DNA of 64,000 nucleotides from positions 4,836,001 through 4,900,000 of the forward strand of contig CAKKNE010000004.1 in NCBI GenBank assembly GCA_918797485.1. Direction: 5' to 3'. The translations under genes were made by a program, and so were the position numbers. The notes under the pieces were generated by a model. The model ran no database searches, was not told where the DNA came from, and worked only from the letters and a program-made list of their open reading frames with translations. The DNA is from Pelagomonas calceolata (taxonomy: Eukaryota). Shown here in pieces: positions 25,885-36,414 of this stretch; position 1 is the stretch's first letter; each line of letters opens with the position of its first letter.

Positions 25885-27348
25885 TCAGAGGTCGTACTCG
25901 TCGCCCTCCTCCTCCGCCGCCGCGGGTTCCTCCGGCTCGGCTTCAGGCCACGCCGGGAGGCCCCCGGCGAACTTGGCGAAGGACGCGCCGCCGCCGGCGA
26001 TGCTGTCGAGCAGCGCCGCGCCTCCACTCAATTCCGCGCGCGCGGCGCGCGGCCGCTTGCCCCCCTTGACGACGACGAGCGCCGGCGCCGCGACGTCGCC
26101 TCTCAGTGCATCCGCGACGGGCGCGTCGCTCGCAACGGTCGAGAAGGCGTAGCCCTCCTTCGAGTACTTTGCGGCGAGCTCCGTCAGGTCGCCCTCGGAC
26201 GCGCCGACGCCGACGACGCAGGTCTTCGCCGCCGGTAGGGCGTAGCAGTTCGCGTCCAAGTCAGCCTTGCTCGCGATGGAATGAACGGCAGTGGCGCGCT
26301 TCTTCCGCGCCGCGGCGCGCTCTTCCGCAGCTAAGACTGATTTCGGCTTGGGCACGTCAGGTAAAGCTACTGCTGAATCGCGCGGGAAATTCGCGGCCGC
26401 GTCGCGCGCGAAGGCCAGTAAAGCTGATGAATCCACGAGCTTGCCCCTCCTATCGGCCTCGACGGGGTTGTTGCCGTACGCGACCACTAGTGAATTCGCG
26501 AGGTTCTTGCGGTCCACACTCAACGCGAAGACGTGTGCGCCATTTTTCGGCGCGCCGGACGCGTTGAACGCTGTTATAGTATCGGGATCCGAACTATAAG
26601 TAGTGGAATATAAGGCTTTGCGCTTGTTGTTCCGGGCCTTCTCGGCGGCCGTCAGGGTCTCGAGCACGCCGACGATGCCCTCGCGCACCTCAGGAAGCTT
26701 GGTCGCTTTTTTTGCTTCACCTAACAGTCGTTGCGTCTCGGCCTCGGGATTTTCTCCCGTGGTTTTGGGCTTCTCCTTGAGGTCGCCGTGCAACGCTGCT
26801 AACCACTTTGGGGGCTCCTTGTCCGCACCGACGGCGAACAACACGGGCAAATCATCGAGCGCGGCCCTGCCAAAGAACGTGTAGAGCTCGGACCAGGCCT
26901 TGTGTTCTATCGGTGCCTGCAACGCACCTCCAGTCCTAACAAAGGTGTCCTTCGTCCACTGGAGGACGTCGTCGCCCTCGCGGGGCCCGTTGTAATCAAT
27001 AGACTTCTTGCCCTTCGGGTGGTTCACGTACTTGAGGGACGGGAACCCTTTGATGTCCGGGAACATGGACTGGATGGAAGGGTTCGGCTCGACGTCGACG
27101 GCGCCGATGCCGAAGCCGAGGCCCTTGGCCTTCTTGGCGGCGCCTTTGAGTTTCGGCGCGAGCTGCTTGCAGTGGCCGCACCAAGGCGCATAAAACATGA
27201 TGAAATAGGGCTGCTCGGCGAGCTTCGACGCCCAGTTCTGCTCGGTCAATTCCTCGACGTCGCAGGAGCGGCCGCGGCAGGCGAACATGTCGTTGTGGCC
27301 GGCCAAGGCGAGGGTCGGCAGCAGCAGTGCGGCCGCGAGCTTGACCAT
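25885..27348 (-). CDS. Secretory thioredoxin/PDI-family protein (single WCGHC domain)
   Basis: Signal peptide MVKLAAALLLPTLALA, FYAPWCGHCK, GFPSLK and DYNGPR; acidic C-terminus ending EYDL. Confidence 0.85.
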   Translation of the reverse strand: MVKLAAALLLPTLALAGHNDMFACRGRSCDVEELTEQNWASKLAEQPYFIMFYAPWCGHCKQLAPKLKGAAKKAKGLGFGIGAVDVEPNPSIQSMFPDIKGFPSLKYVNHPKGKKSIDYNGPREGDDVLQWTKDTFVRTGGALQAPIEHKAWSELYTFFGRAALDDLPVLFAVGADKEPPKWLAALHGDLKEKPKTTGENPEAETQRLLGEAKKATKLPEVREGIVGVLETLTAAEKARNNKRKALYSTTYSSDPDTITAFNASGAPKNGAHVFALSVDRKNLANSLVVAYGNNPVEADRRGKLVDSSALLAFARDAAANFPRDSAVALPDVPKPKSVLAAEERAAARKKRATAVHSIASKADLDANCYALPAAKTCVVGVGASEGDLTELAAKYSKEGYAFSTVASDAPVADALRGDVAAPALVVVKGGKRPRAARAELSGGAALLDSIAGGGASFAKFAGGLPAWPEAEPEEPAAAEEEGDEYDL

Positions 27349-27786
27349 GATGCAAATGCAAATGCAGCACGCGTAATGCGAGTAGCGATGTGGTCTGTTG
27401 AACCAGTTTTTTGAGCTCTTAGTTGGTCGCACAACCCAGGAGAGTGCCACCTATTTTGGCAGAGGTCTCACAAAATGTAAAATGGGCCCGAAATCGCGTC
27501 TGAGGGAACGCCTCCGCCGACGGCCGAGCAGCCATCAGAGAGGTCCTAGAAGACACCAGGGCGCAACAAACCGCAAAACGCGCCGTCGCAGCGAAACCCC
27601 AGCACCGCGCGACCCAAAAACTGCACACAGGACACCATGCGTCTGGACAGTCGCAGAACCGCGCCGTCGCCGCCGCCGCCGCGACCCCAAGAAAACAAAG
27701 TGCATACAGTATCTTTAGACACATCGGTATAAGTATGTGCAAGCTTGCACCGCCCATCAGCAGAGAGGCGGCGCCCAAGAGAAACC

Positions 27787-29067
27787 CTAGGAGACGACGC
27801 ACGCGCAGCCCTGCGCCGTTTCGGTCACCTTCAGCGCGTTCGGGTTGATGTCGACCACCAGTATTGTGGTATCATCCTTCAAACCTGAGTAGCCCCGCCG
27901 CGCCGACTCCGATTTGGCCCGTTTCAAGAGTAAGTGAGCAGCTTTTTGAGGATCATCAACGGATCGCATACATGTCGCAGCCGCATCGAACGACACGAGG
28001 TCCCACAGCCCGTCGGAGGCCAACACGACGCGGTCGAAGACGCTGGAGGTGTCCCAGGTCTTGGTCTCGGGCTCCGGGATGACTGCTCTCGAAGCATCCC
28101 AGTCCCCGATGGAACGAGTCACACAAGTCGAGGCGCCTCCTACCGTAGTACCAGGCCTCCTACCGCGCCAATTAGCCCCAACAACAACGGGCCCGCGCGG
28201 CCGCCCGTCCTCCGGCGACGTTCTACGGGTAAAATTGCTATCGTGCCTTTTCATATCAATAGTAGCGTCCATGTCCTGGCCACTGACCACTTTCCCGAAC
28301 TTCGTGACCGCCTCGAAGGATTGTTTTCTTCTCATAGTATTGACGCGGTCGCAGCGGTCATTAATTAACGTTTCGCGGCGCATCGAGTCGCGGATCAAGT
28401 TCGGTCGTAGGGGAGGCAGGTTCTGCGCTCGGAAATGATCAGCCAAGCGCTTTTCATAGGTCGTCGTAAAGGCGTCCATCGCCTCGTTGTACGCCTGGTC
28501 CTCGCCGTCCGGCGACTCATATAATAAAAACTCGCGACGAGCGCCCCACTCCGCCTTCATGCGCGCGACCTCACTGGGATTCTGGGGATTATGTTTGGGC
28601 GTCGCCCAGGCGGGTTTGGGGCTGGTCATGTCGACCACTAGAGCCGTCGAGTCTCCGACCCAGCCTAGCGTGGCTGTGCTTCTACCGATGCATAAAATGG
28701 TCGCGGTCGTGCCGGCGTCGACGTGCGCACTCCCCAAGTCTTCGTCGAGCTCCCAGCAGGCCCTCCGCAACCCTTCGCTCAAGGCGTCCGTCGCTTTTGT
28801 CGTGTCCGGTGCTCTCCTACTGATTTGATCGTGTAAAGTAGCTTGGCAGCGGTCGGCGGCGTCCTTGCCGCCGTGCCCATCAAAGATCGCGAAATACGCG
28901 AAGCGCTCGCCGCCGCACGTCACGTGCTCGCCGGCCACGGCGCGGTCCTCGTCCTTGCGCTTCGAGCCGACGCGGTACACGAGGCCGTGCCGCGGCGTTT
29001 GTTGTTCGTCGTCGACGGCGACGTCGCGCGGGCTCGCGTCTGGCGTCGGCGCCGCGCGGCCCGTCAT
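27787..29067 (-). CDS. PP2C/PPM-family protein phosphatase with an internal insert and a C-terminal CaaX-like motif
   Basis: EDR, FDGHGG, VGDS, TRSIGD, LASDGLWD and DDTT motifs; ends GCACVVS. Confidence 0.88.
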   Translation of the reverse strand: MTGRAAPTPDASPRDVAVDDEQQTPRHGLVYRVGSKRKDEDRAVAGEHVTCGGERFAYFAIFDGHGGKDAADRCQATLHDQISRRAPDTTKATDALSEGLRRACWELDEDLGSAHVDAGTTATILCIGRSTATLGWVGDSTALVVDMTSPKPAWATPKHNPQNPSEVARMKAEWGARREFLLYESPDGEDQAYNEAMDAFTTTYEKRLADHFRAQNLPPLRPNLIRDSMRRETLINDRCDRVNTMRRKQSFEAVTKFGKVVSGQDMDATIDMKRHDSNFTRRTSPEDGRPRGPVVVGANWRGRRPGTTVGGASTCVTRSIGDWDASRAVIPEPETKTWDTSSVFDRVVLASDGLWDLVSFDAAATCMRSVDDPQKAAHLLLKRAKSESARRGYSGLKDDTTILVVDINPNALKVTETAQGCACVVS

Positions 29068-29387
29068 GGGTTTTTTATCTTAGGCCGCGCGCCGCCGCGC
29101 AGCCTTCTCCCGCGCTCCCGCGCTTGGCCTGTTGTCGGGAGTGCTCCTCGCGCTAGTACTCGCTACGGATGCGGCGGCCCACTGCCAAAAGCTGCACAGG
29201 CCAGGAGTTGCAGTACAGCAATACGAAACTGCCACCTAAAATTGGCAGCGCCTACGCGACGAGGCGCTCTGGAACGCTTGTTAATTTTACAGCTGCAAGA
29301 GCTCTCTAGTGTCTTACTGCGCTAGCTAAAAACTAACCAGACACCGTGGCCGACGCGTCGGGGTCCGACAAGTCCAAAAAATAACAG

Positions 29388-31544
29388 TTAAAAATCGAGT
29401 GCCCCGAGCGCCGGCGCGAGCAGCTCATCCAAATAACGCGGGTGGAGGTGCGTGCCGTCGAGGCGCCACCGCGCGTCGAGCTTGCCCGACGCAGGATCCA
29501 AGAAGCCGCCGAAGCAGTCGACCCACGTCAGCTCCGAACACTCATCCACCAACCTCCTCAGCGTCGCGTTGTACTTCAGCACCATCCCCCGCGTCTCGTC
29601 GAGCACGGGCGGCACCGGGTGTACCAACACTTTCCACCGCTTGTGCCGCGCCAAGCGGGAAGCAACATCTACAAAAATCGACGCCGTGTGCCTAATACCT
29701 TCGTCGACGCTCTCGTACCGCAGCTTCTCGACCGCGACCAAGATGCCCTCCCTACAATCGATCTCGCCCAACAAAAAGAGCACCGTCGCGTTCGATGGGA
29801 TCGTCGGCGTCTCCACATGATCACCAAAGAGCCCCAGGGCCTTCTTCAGGGGAGACCGCGTATCTACCCCGCACACGTAGTAGAAATTCCGCTTCGGATA
29901 AAAATAACCCTCCCGTCTCAAATGCCAGTGCTTCAGGCCCGTGACCAGCGCCGGTTTCAGACGGAGGCGTTTCTGTTCCACTTGTAAAACTTTCCAGGCC
30001 GGCGCCAGCGTGTGCGAGTCGCCGCACACATAAACGTCGTCGTCATATTCACAGATGTCGCGCCGGTCCTCGCAGAGGACCTGGGCCACGCAGCAGTAGT
30101 AGGCGTGCTCGTTTCTTACGGACGTCTGGTGCAGGGGCGTGGAGGACGCTCGCCGCGCCGGCTCGAGCGCCTTCACTAGCAAACGCGCGCGCGCCAGTCC
30201 GCCGCCCAGATAGAGCACCTTGCACAGCGCGAAGGCGACGGCCAGCGCGTCTAAGGCGTCGTCGTCGTACTTTATTTTCGTCGGTTTCGGCGAGGGCGTG
30301 CCTCGGACCACAGCATGATTATCGTCCTCGGCGGCCACCCACTCTAACACAACATCATTTGTACTGGTGCAGAACGCGGCCGACCCAAACTCACCCCTTC
30401 CTTGTAAGATGGCCATAACATCTGTATACCACGCAACGCGCCCTTGTGAAAAGAAGCGCTCGCCCGCTTTCAAAGCTCCTTCGTAGTCGTTCAGGATTTC
30501 CCGCGCATGTAACAAGTTCAGCGCGTAGGACGCCGAGGACGGCACGTCGTCCGCCGCCCACTGGAGTAATTCGGCAGAAACTTCAACCCGCCCGTGGTCC
30601 TTGCAGACCGTCGCCAAAAACGCCACCGCGGCCGCCGGGCTATCGCGCGGGTCCGCGAGCTGCTTTCTTAATCTATCGAAGCCGCCCTCATCACTAATCG
30701 CTAATGCCGCGCCGCGTCTCGCATCTTTGTTCTCCTGGTCCATGACGACGGCCCGTAGTATCAGCGAGAGCTCCTCATCTTTTTTGTGGAACGCGCGCGC
30801 GACTTGGGAATAGGCCACCGTCGCGCCGCAGTGCTGCGGGTTTTTCTTTAGGACAAGCTCACAGGTAGCGCAGGCCTCCTGGCCCCGTCCTTCACTAAGT
30901 TGGGCCCGGGCCAGCTCGACACCGGCGTCCTCCATCAGCGTTTCGTCCCTCATCGCGCGTCGGAACATCTCGATGGCCAGCTGATGGCGGCCCAGCGCCG
31001 CGAGGCACCGGCCGCAGGCCAAGGCGTCTCTCTCCCTTTTATAGGTCTTCCAGAGGCCCTCGAATTGTTTCAGCGCGTCGGCGTGCGCGCCTCTTTTGAG
31101 ATCGACCGTCGCGAGGCCGCGCGTCGCGCGCTCCGTCGCGCCGGCCTGCAGCAGGGCCTCGTAGACGCCCCGAGCTGAGCGGTAGGACTTCTCCGCCGTC
31201 TGTTTCTCCGCCTGCTTCAGGAGCCGCGCGACGAGCGCCGGCGGGGCCGTTTCTTTTGGTGGTGGTGGCGGTTTTGGTTTTGGCGGCGCGGGCTTGGGTT
31301 TCGGCCGTTCCGGCGCCTTGCCTTCGGTGAGGAAGACGTCGGTCTTGGCGGGCAGGGCGCGCCACGTCGCGTCGCTCAGCGTTTGGCCGTGGTGGCGCGC
31401 CTCGAGATTTGGCGGCGCCTGGCCGTGCTTCTTGCGGTATTTTATCCGAAACTTTTCCAACGCCTCTGCTAGGCCTAACTCCGTCTTGAGCTTGCAAGTG
31501 AAGGGAGCGCTACCTTGCTCGTAGTGGAGGAAGACGGCTGCCAT
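29388..31544 (-). CDS. TPR-repeat protein with a C-terminal SGNH/GDSL-like hydrolase domain
   Basis: 718-aa ORF with TPR-like helical repeats, then YVCGDSH (block I Ser), LLGEIDCREG and DGTHLHP (DxxH). Confidence 0.7.
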   Translation of the reverse strand: MAAVFLHYEQGSAPFTCKLKTELGLAEALEKFRIKYRKKHGQAPPNLEARHHGQTLSDATWRALPAKTDVFLTEGKAPERPKPKPAPPKPKPPPPPKETAPPALVARLLKQAEKQTAEKSYRSARGVYEALLQAGATERATRGLATVDLKRGAHADALKQFEGLWKTYKRERDALACGRCLAALGRHQLAIEMFRRAMRDETLMEDAGVELARAQLSEGRGQEACATCELVLKKNPQHCGATVAYSQVARAFHKKDEELSLILRAVVMDQENKDARRGAALAISDEGGFDRLRKQLADPRDSPAAAVAFLATVCKDHGRVEVSAELLQWAADDVPSSASYALNLLHAREILNDYEGALKAGERFFSQGRVAWYTDVMAILQGRGEFGSAAFCTSTNDVVLEWVAAEDDNHAVVRGTPSPKPTKIKYDDDALDALAVAFALCKVLYLGGGLARARLLVKALEPARRASSTPLHQTSVRNEHAYYCCVAQVLCEDRRDICEYDDDVYVCGDSHTLAPAWKVLQVEQKRLRLKPALVTGLKHWHLRREGYFYPKRNFYYVCGVDTRSPLKKALGLFGDHVETPTIPSNATVLFLLGEIDCREGILVAVEKLRYESVDEGIRHTASIFVDVASRLARHKRWKVLVHPVPPVLDETRGMVLKYNATLRRLVDECSELTWVDCFGGFLDPASGKLDARWRLDGTHLHPRYLDELLAPALGALDF

Positions 31545-32175
31545 TTTATCCTCCCCCAGCCCTCCAGCAGTGCACAGAGAATTGTCGCAGAAAACCTTGA
31601 AGCACGAGATACGTTAGAACTGTGCGGCCCTCGTCCAGCCCTGGCAGCTGCTAGGAGGCTAGCTTTCGAGCTATTTTTGTCTCGGTTGGCTCGATAAACC
31701 TAGCGGCATGTAAGACACTAGACCCGTTTGCTCGGTTTAGCTGTTCGTGAGACGAAGGCGCAATTGGGTGCCTCTGAGACCTGCTCAGAGTGCTGGTAGG
31801 GGTGGTTGAGCGTTTCGGGTGCGTTTCGTCTGGTCTGTTGTCTGCGCAAGGCATTTGCTGCGGCCGTACAGTGCAGCGCTTGGGCCCTTAGAGGCTAGCG
31901 CGACGGCCTTAGAGAAACGCTTTTCGGGGTTACACACGGCGCGTACCGGCGTACGGGGCGAAAAACCGCGGTGCGCGTCGCTTGAGGCCCACTGTTAAAA
32001 CAACGACTCTGAGGCGAAACCGCGCCGACGCCGCGCACTGCGCAGTGGGCGCGCCGCCCAGCGTGACGGCGCCGCCGGCGCCGCACTCTGCGGCCGCGCT
32101 GCGCGCCCGAGAGAACCCTGCCGCAGCCCTCGCGACCGCTACCTCACCGCAGGCGACAGCCAAAAAGCAAGAAAG

Positions 32176-34682
32176 ATGCCGCTCTCCGTAAACACGCACG
32201 AGAGCGCCGCCCTCTACCAGAGCATGGCGGCGAACCTACGCAAGGCGCACGGCACGATGCGCGAGGTCCTCGAGGCGCCGGACCGCGCCGCCACGCTCCC
32301 CGGCGAGGCGCCGGACCGCGCGGCGACGCTGCCGAAGCCCTCGACGAAGGTCACGTTCGCCTCTGCGCCCGACAAGGAGAACGCGTCGCCGGCCTACCAG
32401 CCGCGCAAGGCCTCGCCGCCGCCCGCGCGCGCCGCCGCCGCGACGCCGACGACGGTAGCGTCCTTCGGCGAGGAAGGCGCCGACGCGACGCCCGACGCGC
32501 CGCCGAAGAAGACGACGCCCAAGCCAGCGCCGGCCGCGAAGGCGCCGGTCGCCGCGAAGCCGGAGAAGCCGGCGGAGCCGACCAAACCACAGCAGCCGCC
32601 GGCCGCGTGGGCCGCGGCCCTCGCCAAGAAGAAGGCGCCTCCATCAAAGAAGAACGCGAAGGCCGCGCCGGCGCCGACCGTCTACCGCAGCGGCTGGAGC
32701 GAGAGCCAGGGCAGCGACGCGCACCGCGCCGCGGGCGGCACGCAGGCGCACGGCTTCGGCGGCTCGCCCTACGCGGCCGACCCGCTGCGCTTCCTGCCCA
32801 AGGCCGCCGCCGCGCCGGCGGCGCCCCAGCGCGTCGGCAAGTTCAAATGGCCGCCGTCGCCGGAGAAGCCCTCACCACCGAAGGCCGCTCCCCAAACACC
32901 CGGCTTCGACGAGACGGCGCCCGACGTGTCGCCCGAGTTCAAGGCCAGGAAGGCGCCGGCCGCCGCGCCGGCGAGCGTCTACCGGTCGGGCTGGAGCGCG
33001 GCGCTGCCCGCGGCGGCGCCGCGCGAGGGCCCCGCGGCGTGCGCGAGCCCCGGGCCCGGGACGCCCTCTGCTAATTCGCTCGAGGCGGCCGAGCCCCTCG
33101 AGGCGGCCATGGACTCGATCTCGCCGCTGACGGACGAGGCCCGGAGCCTCGCGGAGGGCGTCGCCGCAGCGTCGCCGGCCGTCGAGTCGCCGGCCGACGC
33201 GGGCGCCGTCTACCCGGAGTCGCCCGCGGACCCGGGGGCCGTCTTCCCGGCGTCGCCGGCGGAGGACGACGGCGTTGTTGACGAGGGAGAAGAAGAGGAC
33301 GAGGTCGACGAGCTCGAGGCCGAGAAGACGTGGCCGTCGAGCGACGGGTCCAAGGCGGCCGACGAGCCGCCGGCGCCGGAGGCGGCCTGGGCGCGCGTCG
33401 CGCGGCGCCGGTCGTGCGCGCGGCGCGCGTCCGTCGAGCACGGGCGGTCGCCTCGCGCCGCCCCGGCGCCCGGCGCGGGCTGGGCCGGGGCCTGGGACGT
33501 GCTGCGCGACGCGTTGGAGCGGGGCGCGTCCGTCGGTGCCGCGGCTGAGTCGCTCGCGGCCGAGTCGTCCGTGGCTGAGCGGAAATCAAATTTCGGGCGC
33601 CCCACGCCATCGACGCGACGCGCTTCCACACAGGTCCGTGGTCCTCTCCGACGCGCAAAAAGAAGATTTTTGCGACCTCATGGCCGCGCGGGACTTCGGG
33701 TCCTGCGACGAGCACCCCGAGGACTTTCCTTCTCGTGAACTGGCGGTCGAGTTCGTCGAGGACGTCAAGGCCAAGGCCAAGATATCGGACGGCGTCGCGG
33801 CGCGCGAGTCGGGCGGCTCGACGGACCTGTCGGGCCTGTTCGCGTCGGTCGACGAGCTCGGCCCCGACCTCCAGACGGCGCTGGCCGCGGCCACGGAGGT
33901 CCCGTCGGAGGAGGTCGCGGAGGCGCCCACCAAGAAGCCCTCGGCGCGGAGTTTGAGAAGGGCCGTCGTCGCAGCGATCCGCACCGTGGCCGCCGAGCAT
34001 CTCGCGCCGCGCGTCGTTTCCTACGACGAGGCGACGGGTCTCTACGGCGTCGACTGCCGCATTACTGTGGAAGACGGTTCCGTCGTGCGCATGGCCGTCG
34101 AGCGCGACTTCACGGATTTCGTGCGGTGCCGCGCCGGGCTCGTCGAGAAGCTCGCGACGACGGCGCACGGCCGCACGCTCGTGGGCAAGTTGAACAAGGT
34201 CCCGAAGAAGCGCGTCCGGTCGCTCCTGAAGGCCAAGGCGCGCGACGCCGTCCAGGGCGGCGGCGCGGGCGAGACCAAGTGGCAGAGGAAGCAGCGGCCG
34301 CGGCTCCAGCGCTGGCTCGACTCCGCGGTGATTGTCGTGCGGGACTGCAAGCGGGCGGAGCGCTACGCGACGCAGCCCTTCGGAGCGGGCGACGCGGAGG
34401 ACATCGCGTTGGAGACCGAGGTGCGTCGGGCGTCCGATAATTCTTCACAAAGTCATTGATCGGCGACAAAGCGGCCCCGCGACTGAATCGAGCACTGAGG
34501 GACCCGGACCGTCACGCCGTCGAGCAGGCGTCGCGTCGAGCCTCGCCATCGACGCGACGATTCAGCGCGCGCCGTGAAGTTTGATATCTACACAGGACTA
34601 CTTCAAGTGCTTCCTCCTGCAGGGCGCGGTGTACCGGGGCCTGGACGCGATCGACCCCATCATCGACGTCAACGAGCTCTAG
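32176..34682 (+). CDS. Pro/Ala-rich low-complexity protein with a C-terminal PX-like domain (exons 32176-33566, 33634-34420, 34596-34682; 754 aa)
   Basis: Two GT-AG introns restore the frame to TAG 34680-34682. PX-like pattern VERDFTDF...VPKK...RPRLQRWL...YFKCFL. The N-terminus has duplicated motifs (EAPDRAATLP x2, VYRSGWS x2). Confidence 0.65.
33567..33641 (+). mobile_element. Introner-like intron (33567-33633) with a perfect 8-bp target-site duplication
   Basis: GTCCGTGG at 33567-33574 and 33634-33641. The element between them runs CTGAGCGGAA...TTCCACACAG (8/10 inverted repeat). The GT donor comes from the TSD and the AG acceptor from the element end. Confidence 0.85.
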
Positions 34683-34776
34683 AAGGGGGCCGGCCTCTAT
34701 CGGGCGACGACCAAGCGCCGCCTTCCTTACTCTAAGAATCATGCTACGTGTGCTTTGTTGCCCGGGAGTTTCGTAG

Positions 34777-34960
34777 TTACTCGGTGCGGGCGCGGAGCGC
34801 GGCTCGCGCGTCTCGCAGGTCGTGCTCAATGCCCGCTGTGCTCGGGTGCGTGCCACCGAGTACGCGCCGCGCAATCCGTGCCGTGTCCTCGAGCGTCGTC
34901 ACGGCCCCGCGGAGATCGTCGAGCGTGGTGGCGGGGTCCTCGTAGAGTGCCACCGCGTAA
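34777..34960 (-). pseudogene. Start-less fragment of a TPR-like helical repeat family (YAVALYEDPATTLDDLRGAVTTLEDTARIARRVLGGTHP...ARAALRARTE*)
   Basis: About 60 protein-like codons on the minus strand, closed upstream by an in-frame TAA near 34981, with no ATG. The RRVLGxxHP motif is typical of kinesin-light-chain-type TPRs. Confidence 0.6.
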
Positions 34961-35023
34961 GGCAGACAGTCAATCTGGCTTTATCTGGCTTTCCTTGGCT
35001 TGCACGCACCAGCGCTTAAAACC

Positions 35024-36318
35024 ATGCGCGAGCCCCAGGCGCGTACAAATGTAGTAGAGTTCCTGCATGATCTTCCTCACCGCGAGCCGAAGAACGCGGA
35101 AAACATGAAGTCGGACATGTATCTCGACGGCCTGATCACTCTCGGATGCGTCGCCGCGGGGATTGGCATTCTTATCATGATCTTGTACGCAGTGACACGC
35201 TGCTGTTGCCGCCGGAGGTGTGCCAAACGCCTCGACACCGTGAGCCGAGACCGCCTCCTCTGGCGATTAGGATTCGGACTTCTGGTGGCCGGCATTCTGG
35301 CTGTACTCGTTGGAGCGCTCGCAGGCGTGAACGCGCGGCGCCACGTGAAGCATTTCAATAATCGTGTTGGAGATCTAGAAGACGTAGTGGAATCAGCACA
35401 GCATGACATCGATTGGGGCTTTCAGGCGCTTGACGAAATAGAAGCAGCGACAAAGCAGATCAGTTGCGTCGACGACATCCAAAAAGAGCTCCTCAAAGTT
35501 GTGGGAGAAGCGAAAAAAATTCTGAAAAAAGGTGAAAAAGAAGTCAACGACATACTGTATCCAGTCAATAGGGCGCGCCGAAAGATCCATATGCTTAACC
35601 ACAACTTTATACGAGAGATGATGTCGCGTCGATGGCGTGGGGCGCCCGAAATTTGATTTCCACACAGGACTTCTGTCATCTGGGGCCGACGAATGTCATC
35701 ACAGCTATGGGCGATCGTAACGAGTACCTTGCGTACTACTTACAATGTGAGGGCGAGAACCCGATGCAAGGCACCTACGACGAGTTCAAAGCGATATATC
35801 ACGTGATGGATGCCGCCTTTAAGCGGGTCATTCCCGTAGCTGAAGAGAATGGTATCTGTACGGGTCCGCCGGATGCATTCGCGTCGATCCTAGCCGCCCT
35901 CGACGAAATCGGCTGGCTCATAGACGACGGCGGTACTCTCCTCAGCTGCGACTCCGTGCAGCCGCTTGTCCAGAAATTGACCTACGACTCTTTTTGTGAC
36001 GAAATTGTGCAGACGCTATTCCTTATCTGGCTCATCCTCGGGATTGGGGGCCTGCTGACGCTCGTGGCGCTCTGCATCGCTCCTTGCGTCACGCCCGCGC
36101 TGTTTCCCGATGATGACGACGCCGAGGACGATCCCAAGAAGTACGACGAGGATCCCGAGGAGGCGAAGGAGCGCGACAGCGTCTCGAGCGCGGGCGGCGA
36201 CGAGCGGGCGGGCGACGAGCCGGCCACGTGGCACGGGTCGTCGGTCGAGGCGGACGACCTCTGGCCTGGTACCACAGCCCCGGCGCAGGAGGTCTCTCCT
36301 CGCAGCATGGAGCTGTAG
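35024..36318 (+). CDS. Tweety/prominin-like multi-pass membrane protein; junction near 35615-35667 uncertain (possibly internally deleted)
   Basis: TM1 followed by RCCCRRR, TM2 and a helical region; after the CAG at 35667 come DFC...YYLQCEGENP...LLSC...FCDE and a final TM. The layout is recalled from Tweety-family proteins. Confidence 0.55.
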
Positions 36319-36414
36319 TTCCGTGTGTAATCTTCTCACACACTTCTACTAGATAGATAATCGCGCAAGAATCGTACTTAACGCAAGGGGTTCTACGGGG
36401 GCCAGGCGTTGCAA

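Noticed and set aside
13149..31544. Biosynthetic gene cluster around the NRPS-like gene
   Set aside because: The neighbours (SIN3, PDI-like, PP2C, TPR protein) are not evident tailoring, transport or PPTase genes.
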